This document shows positions 24,358 through 37,758 of a DNA stretch of 64,000 bases, piece after piece (position 1 is the stretch's first letter; each line of letters starts with the position of its first letter). Source of the DNA: Octopus sinensis (taxonomy: Eukaryota); NCBI RefSeq assembly GCF_006345805.1, contig NC_042997.1, positions 81,468,001 through 81,532,000 of the forward strand. The letters are read 5' to 3'. A model generated the notes under the pieces. That model was not told where the DNA came from, ran no database searches, and was given only the letters and a program-made list of their open reading frames with translations. The position numbers were made by a program, and so were the translations under genes.

Positions 24358-24810
24358 ATATATACAGGCATACATACATATATATACGTGCATATGTACA
24401 TATTCAGCATAAACACTCTACCACTACTACTAATAACTGTTGGGAACACTTTCAAACCTGCCTTATATTCGAACCGGAATCTCAAAAACATTGTCCTCTT
24501 ACATCTCATTCTCATTTCATTCCCAACACAGAGAAATAAAACTTACTTCTCACTACAGGACAATGGAAGATGGTAACAGATATTTACCACATCCTGCCTT
24601 ATCAAGTGAAGTATATTGTCATCCACTTCACCTCTAACCTTCATAGCGTAGGGACAATTCAAATGACCCCACACCACTATACCACCACTGATACCTTCAT
24701 CCTTCTAGCTGTCTACTTTCTTATAAATACGACAGAATTCATTTCCAGCCAAATAATATTCGCAACACAATTCATAATCACTCCGTCCGTTCCTATTACT
24801 ATTTCTCTCG

Positions 24811-25047
24811 TCTATATATATAAAAGTGAGAATTGTGTCTGTCTGTCTGTCTTTGTGAATCCCTAAAACTTGAGAACTACACAACCGATTTCATTCAAAT
24901 TTTAGACATGCCTTACTTAGGGTCCATGTAGTGCTATAGGCAAAACAAAATGTTTAACTTCTTGCCTAGAGCGAGCCCACAGCAATATCATATCTCCTCC
25001 TCTATTTCAGTCTTATGTGTTAAAAGTGAAACAAAAACATCTCTCTA

Positions 25048-25048
<1 letters not shown>
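24811..25048 (+). mobile_element. Non-autonomous Helitron-like fragment, related to 20965-21195
   Basis: TCTATATATATAAAA start, (CTGT)n, and shared cctaaaacttgagaactacacaacc body. Confidence 0.6.
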
Positions 25049-25097
<49 letters not shown>

Positions 25098-25112
25098 ATA
25101 TATGGATGTATA

Positions 25113-25203
<91 letters not shown>

Positions 25204-25260
25204 ATATATATATAGCTGTATATGTATACATGTATATGTATAGATGTATTTCTATAGATA
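25048..25260. repeat. (TA)n-rich microsatellite (representative of many (TA)n, (CA)n, (TATG)n, (TAA)n and (GAT)n tracts)
   Basis: Direct reading. These tracts generate most of the YI-, VC-, THT- and SL-repeat ORFs in the track. Confidence 0.95.
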
Positions 25261-25395
25261 TACATGTATGTGTATACATGTATATCTAGATGTATATATA
25301 TATAAATGTACATGTAATATGTACATATATATACACCCATATACACACATACACACATACCCACACACACACACACGCACGCACACACATACATA

Positions 25396-25715
25396 GGTGC
25401 AGGTGTGGCTGTGTGGTAACAAACTTGGTTCCAAAACACATGGTCCTCAGTTCAGTCCCACTGTGTGGTAACTTGGCATGTGTCTTCTGCTATAGCCTCA
25501 GACCAACCAAAGCCTTGTCAGTGGATTTTGTAGACAGAAACTGAAAGAAATCAATTGTATGTATATGTATATATGTAAGTCTATGTCTGTGTCTTTGTGT
25601 TTCTCTCTCATCACTGCTTCACAACTGGTGTTTGTTTATTTACATACCCATAACTTACTGGGTTCACAAGAAGAAACTGATAGAATAAGCACCAGGCTTA
25701 TCAAAATATAAAAAA
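25396..25715 (+). mobile_element. SINE family A
   Basis: Head, core and partial tail. Shares private variants with the 24221 copy. Confidence 0.8.
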
Positions 25716-25802
25716 GCACTACGCAGTGTCTCATATTTTTGTTTGCCCACTCAGTTGTATCTATCAATTTATCTTGTGTGTGTGTGTGTGTGTGTGTGTG
25801 TA

Positions 25803-25864
<62 letters not shown>

Positions 25865-25910
25865 GGATTTCGTAGACAGGAACTGAAACAAATCAATCGT
25901 ATATATATGT

Positions 25911-28548
25911 GTGTGTTTTGGTATTGGCAACATGAATGACAATGGTCAGAGACTACTTGAATTTTGCACATACCATAACCTGTGCATCACTAACACATTC
26001 TTTGCCAACAAGACATCCCACAAGGCATCTTGGAGACATCCAAGATCGCACCACTGGCATCAGCTGGATCTCATCATTACACGAAGATCCTTTCTGAATT
26101 CTGTTCAACTGACCCATAGTTACCACAGCATGGATTGTGATACAGATCATTCACTAATAAGAAGCAGGGTGAGGATTCTGCCTAAAAAAGACCATCACGC
26201 CAAGAAAATGGGCCGACTACGCATTAACACTGCCAGAACCTCGGACCCTACACTGCGACAATGTTTTGCCGTTTCTATCAAGGTTGCCCTCAGTAGCTGC
26301 CCAACCTCCTCTGCTGAAAGTAGGTGGAATTATATTAGGGAAGCTTTGTATACCATATCAATAGATACTTTCGGCATGAGAGAAAGACAAAACCCAGATT
26401 GGTTCAGTGCTGGGCTCTCAGAGCTGGAAGCAGTTATCGAAGCAAAGCGTGCTGCTCTGATGCTATACAAAAGTGATTCTTCTACAAAGTCACTCGAAGA
26501 ACTCAGAAAGGCAAGAAATAAAACCCAACTGACTGCCAGACGCTGTGCAAATAGGTATTGGCAGGAAATCTGTCAGAGCATCCAGTCAGCTGCTGACAGT
26601 GGCGACACCCGTGGGATGTATGCCGGTTTGAAGAAGGCCCTCGGTCCATCCACAACCAAGTAAGCCCCTCTGAAATCAACTACTGGAGATCTCATCAAGG
26701 ACCAAAGCAAGCAGATGGATAGATGGGTGGAGTACTACCAGAATCTCTACTCACGGGAGACCACGGTAGCTGAGTCTGCAATCGAATCTTGCCAGTCATG
26801 TGCGAACTTGACAGTCTGCCATCTATAGCAGAGCTCACCATGGCTATTGACTCCCTAGAAAGTAACAAGGCTCCGGGAAAAGACAGCATCCCCTTAGAGA
26901 TCATCAAAACCAGCAAAAACATCATCCTGCTTTGGCACCTTCATGAGCTTCTGTGTCAGTGCTGGGAAGAGGGTACAGTCTTTCAGGATATGCGGGATCC
27001 TAATATGATTACGATTTACAAATACAAAGGTGACCGTGATGATCGTAACAATTACCATGGAATATCGCTTCTAAGCACTGTTGGAACGGCCTTTGCTCAC
27101 ATTATCCTGTCCAGGCTACAACTGCTAGCTTCTCGAATTTATCCAGAATTGCAGTGTGGCTTTAGAAGAAGTAGATCAACTATTGAAATGATATTCTCCA
27201 TACGCCAACTTCAGGAGAAGTCCAGAGAGCAGAAAATGCCATTATATATGGCTTTCATTGATCAAACACAGGCCTTTGACTTGGTAAGTAGAAAAGGCCT
27301 CTCCATCCTGCTCCAAAATATCGGATGTTCACCAAAGCTGCTGAGGATCATCAAATCTTTCCATGATGATCTGCAAGGCAACATGCAGCACAATGGTTCA
27401 ACATCAGCCGCCTTCCAAATAAAAAATGAGGTAAAGCAAGGTTTTGTCCTTGCTCCTACATTATTTGGTATCTTCTTGCTGCTGCTGTCACATGCCTTTG
27501 AAACATCAGATGATGGAGTATTTCTGCACAGTAGAAGTGATGGGAAACTGTTCAATCTCTCGTGTCTGCATGCCAAGACCAAAATCAGAAGCGTCCTGAT
27601 CTAGGAGATGCTATTTGCTGATGATGCCACTCTGGTATCACACACAGAAAAAGCCATACAAAGGCTCATCAAGCATGTGGCAACTTTGGCTTAGTTATCA
27701 GCCTCAAGAAGACCAACATCATGGGTCAGGCTACATCAGACATCCCAAACATACATATTGGAGATCACAGACTACAAGAGGTGGAGAAGTTTACCTATCT
27801 TGGCTCTACCGTCACCTACAACCTATCCCTTGATGTTGAGCTCAATAAGCTGACCAAGACCACAAAAATGAAGATTTACCAGGCATGTGTACTTAGCACT
27901 CTACTGTATGGAAGTGAGACTTGGATGCCATACACACACCAAGAGCTTCACCTAAATATCTTTCACCTGTGCTGCCTCTGGAAAATCCTTCGCATCAAAT
28001 GGCAGAATCATGTCCCCAACAAAGATCTCCTCAAGCAAGCAGGAATACCAAGCATGTTTGCACTCCTCACACAAAGACATATGAGATGGCTTGGACATGT
28101 ATGGAAGATGGCAGAATCCCCAAGGACATACTCAACGGAAAGCTTGCTAGGGGCACTAGATCTGTGGGAAGACCGTTCTTACGATACAAGGATATTTGCA
28201 AAAGGGACATGAATGCCTGCAACATCAATATTACCAACTGGGAAGCAGTTGCCAGCAACCGTGGACATTGGTGACGTACCATAAAAGAGGGAACACAAAG
28301 GAGTGACATAGAGAGAAAGAGAAGAAATGGAAAGACAAGAAAAGACGTCAACAAGAAACTATGACATTACAACCAGCCAGGCAAAGTCTTCGTTATATTT
28401 GCGACACCTGCCAGAGGGAGTGTTTGCCCAGGATAGGACTACACAGCCAAAGCAGCAAATGTATTAGGACATGAAATGTAAAAGCCAGACTAGATTATTT
28501 TATGCACAATTCCATTGTCTTCCGAGACAAAAAGGATGCCAACAACAA
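25911..28548 (+). mobile_element. 5'-truncated RTE (BovB-like) LINE with (CAA)n tail, ORF disrupted
   Basis: End of endonuclease (HWHQLDLIITRR, DTDHSLI), RT (NYHGISLL, QCGFRRSRST, VKQGFVLAP, LFADD) and tail gatgccaacaacaa. Flanked by an identical 50-54 bp direct repeat. Confidence 0.92.
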
Positions 28549-28830
28549 TATATATGGATTTCGTAGACAGGAACTGAAACAAATCAATCGTATATATATG
28601 TATGTATATATGTAAGTCTATGTGTGTGTCTTTGTGTTACTCCCTCATCACTGCTTCACAACTGCTGTTCATTTATTTACATCCACATAACTTACTGGTT
28701 TCACAAGAACAAACTAATAGAATAAGTACCAGGCTTATCAACATAAAAAAAGCACTAGGCTGTGTCTCATATTTTTGTTTGCCCACTCTATCTATCAATT
28801 TATCTTTGTATGTGTGTGTATATATCTATA

Positions 28831-30155
28831 TCTATATATATATATATATATATAAAGCACCCTAATGGGAGCCTTAACTCCCAAATTTTAGTCATTTCTT
28901 TTATGATCCAAAACTAGGTCAAAAGTACTGAATGGATCTTTACGAAATTTGGAAATTATATTCTATGCATAAGGGCCATAACCCCCATGACAATTCATAT
29001 ATTTGTGCTGTTGATGAAATTTTAACCATAGATATTAGACACAAATGAAGTAATATTTATAAAATTTCATCTTCTTACAAGTTAGGAAGACCCTGCCATG
29101 GGGACTTAACATCCACAATTTTGTTATTTTATCTAAGCAAAAACGAATACAGTTGTGCTCTTGGAATCTGTAGGGTTACCTGACCATAAAAGTTGGGCAT
29201 TATTTCTTATTCAATGGTACAACAGAGTAACAATTTGCTTTGACATACACTTACATTGTGATTTCTGTAATGTGGTGCATAAATTGTCAAGTAAATGAGA
29301 GGCATCTTTGCCTCCACTGATTCAGTTGCAAAGTGTTGAGTAAAGTTATTTGATTGCACACCTCCTTTCAGTTTTTTTATTATCACGCAGTCACACATAG
29401 TCCCCGGATGGTAACATTCATTTCATGGCCTTCCCAGATGAGTAACTGGTTATTCAAAGACATTTATAGATTGTAAATTTATTTTGTCCAGTTACGTATC
29501 AGTATAGTCGTCATTTGCAAACTCCAGAGATGACACTTTAATTTCCCCTTAGCCCTCACGTCACACAGTTGTTAATATTGATTTCAGTTGGGTCACACCC
29601 TTCCAATTGCTATAGATTCGCAATGCATCTTACGGCTGTGCCTGTCACCTGGATAGGGATCCTACATTGGGAGTGGTAACGACTAGGACAGGGTAACTGA
29701 CTGCTTATTGCAATCATTCGTCTTTTGGTTTCCTGTAGCTTTGCTCTCTTTTACAAACCCAGTGGACATATATTTCCTATTTCAAAGAAATTCAAACAAT
29801 AGATATAAGACCCAAGTTAAAAAGATTCTCAACAATTCAACTTCTCTTGTTGACATTAAGATGCCCACCCCCAACAGGGGCCTTAACTCTCACATGACCT
29901 TCATTTTTCAGGAGCAAAATCTTTTTAACAGGTTCTTTAAGACTGGAATTTTGGAATATGCGCATAAAAGTCAGTAGTATAGGATACATGTGGCACGATT
30001 ACAATTTTTTAGGGTGTGTAAAGAGGGAAATGACCCTCATCTGTAATTTTGATGAAATTCGAAACATAGATATTCCAGTTCATTACAGAAAATATAACAG
30101 AAAAGTCTAATTCTTCAATTGAATGTAACCGGGCAACGCCAGGTATCTCTGCTAG
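28831..30155 (+). mobile_element. Non-autonomous Helitron (~1.3 kb)
   Basis: A|TCTATATATA 5' end; 3' hairpin CCGGGCAACGCCAGG then TATCTCTG-CTAG|T. AT insertion site, no TSD. Confidence 0.75.
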
Positions 30156-30183
30156 TATCTCTCTCTCTCTATATATATATATA

Positions 30184-30330
30184 TACGACAGGCTTCTTAC
30201 AGTTTCCATCTCCCAAATCCGCTCACAAGGCTTTGGTGAGCCTGACGCTATAGTAGAAGACACTTGTCCAAGATGTCATGCAACGGGACCAAACTAGGAA
30301 CCATGTGGTCGGGAAGCAACTTCTTACCTC
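30184..30330 (-). mobile_element. SINE family A head
   Basis: Reverse complement of head/core, as in other copies. Confidence 0.75.
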
Positions 30331-31059
30331 TGTAAAATCTTTCTTGTATCTAATTGCTAACATAATTTATTGATTTGAAACCTAATGAAATTTCATTATT
30401 TCACTCATGTATCATTAGTCTGAAATTTATAGCAGATTTGAACTTCCGTCATTTTTTTATAGGTGTGAAACTTATTGAATATTTGAATTTTTAGCATGTA
30501 ATTTTGCTAAGAAACCTATCGGACATTCGATTTTTAAGGATGTTTTATCACTCTAAAACTTTCTCTTCTGCATTGTCTTTCTTTTAAACTTTTTTTTAAT
30601 CTTATATTTACTGTTGAAAAAAAAGCAAGAAATTGTTGAGACAAGTATGTTATATTAATATCCCTTCTCTTTTTAAAAATTTAAAAGATACAGTTCATTT
30701 TAAGATTCAGGTGTATTGTTAACCCCAAAGCCAATTCTCCTACATTCTTGTGTGGAAGTAAATCCTTTTTCACTTGCACACACACACACACACACACACT
30801 ATCATCATCATCATCATCATCATTTAACGTCCAACCTCCATTCTGGCATAGGTTTGATGGTTTGACAGGAGATGGCAAGCCAAAGGACTGCGTCAAGCTC
30901 TCTTGTTTACTTGGCATGGTTTCTGCAGCTGGATGCCCTTTGTGATGCCAACCACTTTACAAAGTGGACAGGATACTTTTTACTTGGCACCAATACCAGC
31001 AAAGTCTGCCTTAGCATGGTTTTACAATCCAGTGTGACTCAGTGATTGATGTTCAGAGA

Positions 31060-31318
31060 CCAGACATTGATATTGTGAATGAAGGAAGAAGGAAGCCAAG
31101 ATCATAAATATTACCATATCTGGAGATGCATGAGTTGGTGCCAAAGAGCTGGAAAAGACTGAAAAGTGAAAGCTACTAAAAGATGAAATTGCACAAATGT
31201 CAGCAAAGAAAAGAGTAACTGTCATCCCAGTAGTTGCAGGGGCACTGTTTGAGAAATTAGTTGGAGAAATTGGGATTGACATAAGGGTAGAACATGCTCG
31301 TAAAATTATATTGTTATA
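31060..31318 (+). mobile_element. Restriction-like endonuclease (R4/Dong-type) LINE fragment
   Basis: PDIDIV...AKELEK...LLKDEIAQM..KRVTVIPVVAGAL resembles the PD..D...EK..KY..L...IP(V/I)VGALG domain also seen at 62.1-62.4 kb. Confidence 0.65.
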
Positions 31319-32180
31319 CTGGGCAAAGTTCAGAAAGCTCCTACCCCTACTGGCAACAAAAGGTCTCTCCCTCAGAGCAAAAGGTAGATTGTATGATGCA
31401 TGTGTGCGAACTGCCATGCTTCACGGTAATGAAACATGGGCTGTGACTGCAGAAGACATGCGTAGACTTGAAAGAAATGAAGCTAGCATGATCCGCTGGA
31501 TGTGTAGTGTCATGTGCACGCAAAACAGAGTGTAAGTATCCTGAGAGAAATGCTGGATATAAGAAGCATCAGATGTGGTGTGCAAGAGCGACGCTTGCGA
31601 TGGTATGGTCATGTGCTGCGGAGGATGAAGAGAGATGTGTGAAGAAGTGCCACTCCCAAACAGTTGAAGGTATCAGGGGGAGAGGTAGACCCAGGAAGAC
31701 ATGGGATGAGGTGGTCAAGCATGACCTCAGAGCATTGGGCCTCACTGAGGCAATGGCGAAGGACGAGATCTCTGGAGATATGCTGTGACTACAAAGACCC
31801 GGGCTGCTTTCTGCAGCAATTCCACATACCCCCTACCCATTCTAAGTACCCTGGATCCCCAAAGTACCCTGGATCCCCAAAGTACCCCGATCCCCAAAGT
31901 ACCCCGGACCTCGTTGCCCCGGCCGCTGACACGTTAAAATGCTCGAACCGATCGTGACGATGCCGGACCCTCCGGCCCCTGTGCAGGTGGCACGTAAAAA
32001 GCACCCAATCCACTCACGGAGTGGTTGGCGTTAGAATGGGCATCCAGCCGTAGAAACTCTGCCAGATTCAGACTGGAGCCTGGAGCGGCCCCTGGCTTCC
32101 CAGACCCGGTCGAACCGTCCAACCCGTGCTAGCGCGGAAAGCGGACGTTAAACGATGATGATGATGATGATGATGATGAT
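31319..32180 (+). mobile_element. RTE family 2 3' fragment with (GAT)n tail
   Basis: WAKFRKLLPLL...RGRGRPRKTWDEVV, then 3' UTR ending ggacgttaaacgatgatgat. Contains three ~19-bp repeats AAGTACCC(T/C)G(G)ATCCCCA. Confidence 0.9.
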
Positions 32181-32736
32181 TGGGGACAGCAAGGATCTTG
32201 AGATTGGTACTTGTGGAAAGAGACCATGTGAGACCTTTGACAACAGGTTGTTGTCCACTCTTACATAATTAACTGGAGCAAGTGAAATTGAGAGCTCCAA
32301 GGTGTGAAATGCAAATAATAATAAACCTGTTGCACCCTGTATATATTGCCCTGTCATCTACTTTTGAAAAGATAGATTTAACCATTGAGAGTTAAGTATC
32401 TTAAACTAGAATGCAGCACAGTGGCAGTGCTAAGATAGAATATGCCAACATTTCTGCTGATTGTAGTTATTGTTTAGTCCAAGTTAGCTTGGAACAAAAT
32501 CTTATGGCCGAAGACATTTAAACAGTGATATTCTCATCTTTTTCCAGTATTCAGTATCCCCAGGTCCCCATTATCCCAAATTTTCTTTTCTATGTCTGGC
32601 ATTTTCTATTGTCTTTCATTTGTATAATAAAACTCAACTGTGTGTGTGTGTGTGTGTGTGCATGCGCGCATGTGTGTGTGAGTGTGTGTATGTGTGTGTG
32701 TGTGTGTGTGTGGTGTGTGTGTGTGTGTGTGTGTGT

Positions 32737-32777
<41 letters not shown>

Positions 32778-33098
32778 TCCCTCTTTCTCTGCTTTAAAAT
32801 GGAAGAAACAATATTTAAAAACAGTACTTAAGTCATACTAATTGATTGTGATGGTCAAACAAACAAAAGCCAAGCTGGATAAAAGATTTCCTACTAAAAG
32901 CTCAATCTTTGTGAAATACATTATAAATCTTGTTATTAATCATGTTAAATAAAGATTAATTTTTTTTCACAAACCACAACAATTTAAAGTTATTGCTGTT
33001 TAAGAGGATGAGAGATAAATCTTCCCTTCAGTGAGCACTAGTTCTATTGCAGATTACTTTACAAAGTGAATTGTGTATCTGTTTTCCAGTTAGATATA

Positions 33099-33517
33099 CT
33101 CTTTTACTCTTTACTCTTTTACTTGTTTCAGTCATTTGACTGTGGCCATGCTGGAGCACCGCCTTTAGTCGAGCAACTCGACCCCGGGACTTATTCTTTT
33201 TGTAAGCCCAGTACTTATTCTATCGGTCACTTTTTGCCGAACCGCTAAGTGACGGGGACGTAAACACACAGCATCGGTTGTCAAGCAATGCTAGGGGAAC
33301 AAACACAGACACAACAAACACACACACATACACATATATATATATACATATATACGACAGGCTTCTTTCAGTTTCCGTCTACCAAATCCACTCACAAGGC
33401 ATTGGTCAGCTCGGGGCTATAGCAGAAGACACTTGCCCAAGATGCCACGCAGTGGGACTGAACCCAGAACCATGAGGTAGGTTAGCAAGCTACTTACCAC
33501 ACAGCCACTCCTGCGCC
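33099..33517 (-). mobile_element. SINE family A, near full length
   Basis: Minus strand: ggcgcaggagtggctgtgtggtaagtagc (A box), gggttcagtccc (B box), core, internal microsatellite and tail ending (aaagagt)n. Confidence 0.88.
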
Positions 33518-34290
33518 TTAGATATACTAATGAAATAGATATACTAATAAAATTAAAATGGTTTCCTTGATTAAGAAAACATTGTCTTGTTATACGAATT
33601 TATCTGCTGGAACTTAATCTCCTTAACTGTATGACTACTATAATCATATGAGTTTATTTCAAAAAAAATTTACATGCATAAATTTTGTATGGTTTGCATA
33701 CACTCATGCACATTAACACACAAAAACATATGCATGAAAACCAAACTCTTATGATCAGATACAAAACCACATACAGTCAACCAAACCCGTGTGTGTGTAT
33801 TACAAACTATGATGACTTTTTATGCTGAGGTCAGCCTCATGCTGTGTCTGACAGAAAATATGTATAAATTGCTCAGATTTATTTAAGAATATGAGGATGC
33901 ACAGGAAAAATCATCAGAATGATCCAGAGCAACCAAGAAGTCAGAAGAATTTGTTAGAATGTCAAACCTCCAACAAGTTGCTAGTAGGATTCAGGAACCA
34001 TTGTCATTCTCACATGTGATGCAGGGATATATTTTATTTATTCAGCCATGGTTATACTTGTCTAATGAATCAACAACTGTTATATATGTACATATGCATG
34101 CCACCTTCTCCAAACACTATTACTGAGTTGTTATTGGAGTAGAATCCTCAGGCACCACTTTCATAGGGTCCTATCAGAAGCAACCATCATTACACATTTT
34201 CCAACTGGATTTACAAGTATGACCAACTGAAATGATGGATATAACCTGACAGTCTCATTCTTGATCTACCCCTATATATTCTTTTATCCT

Positions 34291-34513
34291 TCTTTTAGTT
34301 GTTTCAGTCATTAGACTGTGGCCATGCTGGAACACCACCTTGAAGAGTTTCAGTTGAACACATTGACCCCAGGACTTAATATTTTTAAGCCTGGTAAGCT
34401 TTTTTATTTTATCAGTCTCTTTTGCCAAACTGCTAAGTTACAGGGACATAAACACACCAACAAAGGTTGTCAAGCAGTGTTGGGGGGACAAGCTCAGACA
34501 CACACACATACAG

Positions 34514-34589
<76 letters not shown>

Positions 34590-34747
34590 ATGATGGACTT
34601 CTTTCAGTTTCTGTCTACCAAATCCATTCACAAGGCTTTGGTCGACCCAAGGCTAGAGTAGAAGACACTTGCATAAGGTGCCACACAGTGGAACTGAACC
34701 TGGAACCATATAGTTGAGAATGAAGCTGTGTACCGCACAGCCATGCA
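34291..34747 (-). mobile_element. SINE family A
   Basis: Same head/core/tail order as 33099-33517. Confidence 0.8.
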
Positions 34748-34807
34748 GGCACACACACACACACACACACAGATACACATGCACACACACACATATGCAC
34801 ACACATA

Positions 34808-35255
34808 TATAATTATAAATAAGGGCAAAAGAAAAAAATTTTCAATGCCAACAAGCTAAAAAATAGACTTTAGATCATCTAACTACATACAATATTTTTC
34901 ACTATAAACACACAGCATGTTGAAACAATGAAAGCAAGCAAACAGAAATTTTTTAAATTCGTTATTCTAGGATTTGACCGTTTTCTGGATTAATCCAAAA
35001 GGATTCTTCCTTCTTCAGTGAGAAATGAAGTGTTTCTTGCTGAAGAAGGAAGAATCCTTTTGGATTAATCCAGAAATCAGTTTGATTTGGGAATAACGAA
35101 TTTTAAAAAAATTTTGTTAGCTCGCTTTCCTCATTTCAGCACACTGTGTATTTATAGTGAAAAATAATTGAATGTGGTTAGACAATCTAAAGTCTATTTT
35201 TCAGCATGATGGCATAGAAATTTCTTTTCTTTTGCCCTTGTTTTTAATTGTTTAT
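34808..35255. mobile_element. ~450-bp fold-back element, probably back-to-back PLE pseudo-LTRs, with a decayed hammerhead-like core in each arm
   Basis: Arms of about 215 bp are reverse complements to within a few bases of the centre (~35028). Each arm reads CUGAAGA-A-GGA...UCC-A-GAAA outward from the centre. Confidence 0.6.
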
Positions 35256-35386
35256 AATTTTCACCTTAAAAGGTATTTTAGTATGTTAGCCACTGATAAA
35301 AAATTTTTTTTGAAAAATGTTATCCTTATATTAGAAGTATATATATGTATGTATGTATATGTGTGTGTGTGTGTATGTGTATATAT

Positions 35387-35420
<34 letters not shown>

Positions 35421-35592
35421 CATACACACATACATACACACAAACACATGACAGGCTTCCTTCAGTTTCAGTGCACTCACAAGGCTTTGGTCAACCCGAG
35501 GATATAGCAGAAGACACCTGGCTAAGGCAGGTACTGAATCTGGAACCATGTGGTTGGGAAGCAAGCTTCATACCACACAGCCATGCCTGTAT

Positions 35593-37740
35593 ATCATCAT
35601 CATCATCATCATCATCATCATCGTTTAACGTCCGTTTTCCGCGCTAGCACGGGTTGGACGGTTCGACCGGGGTCTGGGAAGCCAGGGCCCGCTCCAGGCT
35701 CCAGTCTGATTTGGCAGAGTTTCTACGGCTGGATGCCCTTCCTAACGCCAACCACTCCGTGAGTGGATTGGGTGCTTTTTACGTGCCACCTGCACAGGGG
35801 CCGGGGGGTCCGGCATCGGTCACGATCGGCTCGAGCTTTTAACGTGCCAGCGGCACGGGGGCAACTGGGTCCAGGGTACTTTGGGGATCCGGGGTACTTT
35901 GAATGGGTAGGGGGTATGTGGAATTGCTGCAGAAAGCAGCCCGGGTCTTTGCAGTCACAGCATATCTCCAGAGATCTTGGTCCTTCGCCATTGCCTCAGT
36001 GAGGCCCAATGCTCTGAGGTCATGCTTGACTACCTCATCCCATGTCTTCCTGGGTCTACCTCTCCCCCTGATACCTTCAACTGTTTGGGAGTGGCACTTC
36101 TTCACACATCTCTCTTCATCCATCCGCAGCACATGACCATACCATCGCAAGCGTCGCTCTTGCACACCACATCTGATGCTTCTTATATCCAGCATTTCTC
36201 TTAGGATGCTTACACTCTGTCTTGCGTGCACACTGACACTACACATCCAGCGGATCATGCTAGCTTCATTTCTTTCAAGTCTACGCATGTCCTCTGCAGT
36301 CACAGCCCATGTTTCATTACCGTGAAGCATGGCAGTTCGCACACATGCATCATACAATCTACCTTTCGCTCTGAGGGAGAGACCTTTTGTTGCCAGTAGG
36401 GGTAGGAGCTTTCTGAACTTTGCCCAGGCTATTCGTATTCTAGTGGTGATACTCTCTGTGCATCCACCTCCGCTACTAACTTGGTCACCCAGGTAGCGGA
36501 AACTATCAACTACTTCTAGTTTCTCTCCCTGGAGTGTGATGGACTCTGTTTTCTGAGTGTCTGTTGTGTCTATTGTCCCTGTGCATCTGCCGCACATGAA
36601 AGCTATCCTATCTGTTAATTTCCCTTTAATGTTGCTGCACCTCTTATGTGTCCATAACTTACATTGGGTGCATCTTATGGAGTTTCTACCTGTACCTTTC
36701 CTACAGATTGAGCAGGGCCACCTACCCGAGGGGGTGTGTGCTGAGTACCTCTTGCTGCTTACTAATACTTTGGTCTTTGCTACATTTATTCTAAGGCCCT
36801 TTGATTCCAACCCTTGCTTCCACACCCGAAATTTCTCTTCTAGTTCCGGTAGTGATTCTACTATGAGAGCTAGGTCATCGGCATAGAGGAGCTCCCAGAG
36901 GCATCCCGTTTTGAATTCCTCTGTTATTGCCTGAAGGACTATGATGAATAAAAGGGGACTGAGGGCTGAGCCCTGGTGCACACCTACTTCTACCCGGAAT
37001 TCTTCACTATATTCGTTGCCAATCCTAACCTTGCTGACAGCCTCTCTGTATAGAGCCTGTACAGCCCTTATTAGCCATTCTTCAATCTCCAGTTTCCACA
37101 TCGACCACCAGATGAGGGAACGGGGAACCCTGTCAAAGGCTTTCTCCAAGTCTACAAAAGCTATGTAGAGGGGTTTATCTTTAGCTAGGTACTTCTCCTG
37201 CAGTTGTCGGACCAGGAATATAGCATCAGTGGTGCTTCTACCTGGTACAAAACCGAACTGCATTTCATCTAAACAAATTCTCTCCTTAATGAGATGGGTT
37301 ATGACCTTCTCTGAGACCTTCATCACCTGGTCCAACAGTTTGATACCTCTGTAGTTATTTCTATCTAGAGCATCACCCTTACCCTTGTAGCAGTTGACTA
37401 TGGTGCTGCTGCACCAGTCATTGGGTATGACTCCATTGTGAACTACCTGGTTTACAATGCGGGTGACTATGGTATAGCCCACATAGCCAGCTGTTTTAAG
37501 CATCTCAGCAGTGATTCCTGATAGGCCAGGGGCTTTGCCTGGTTTCATATCCTTAATTGCCTTATCTACAAGGGAGCTGTCTATTCGGGTAGCTTGTCCC
37601 TCTACTGGGTCAACATTTGGCAGGCTCTCCTCCTCCCATTCATTCTCCTCATTCAGCAGTCTTTCATAATGGCTTCTCCAAGCCTCTTTCTTTTCACTAG
37701 CAGTAAAAGCAAGTGCCCCATCATCCATGCGGACACATTT
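35593..37740 (-). mobile_element. Young 5'-truncated RTE family 2 LINE
   Basis: (ATC)n tail at 35593; uninterrupted RT-containing frame; no endonuclease domain present. Confidence 0.93.
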
Positions 37741-37758
37741 ATATAAAACTATATTCAT
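35839..37758 (-). pseudogene. Open 639-codon frame: RT + PHD-like Cys/His module + C-terminus (endonuclease missing)
   Basis: NYRGIKLL, QFGFVPGRSTTDAIF, FVDLEKAFDRV, GVHQGSALSP, LLYADD, then CSIC...CTQC..WTHKRC...CGRC. The N-terminal MNIVLY comes from flanking DNA, so it is probably not a real start. Confidence 0.88.
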
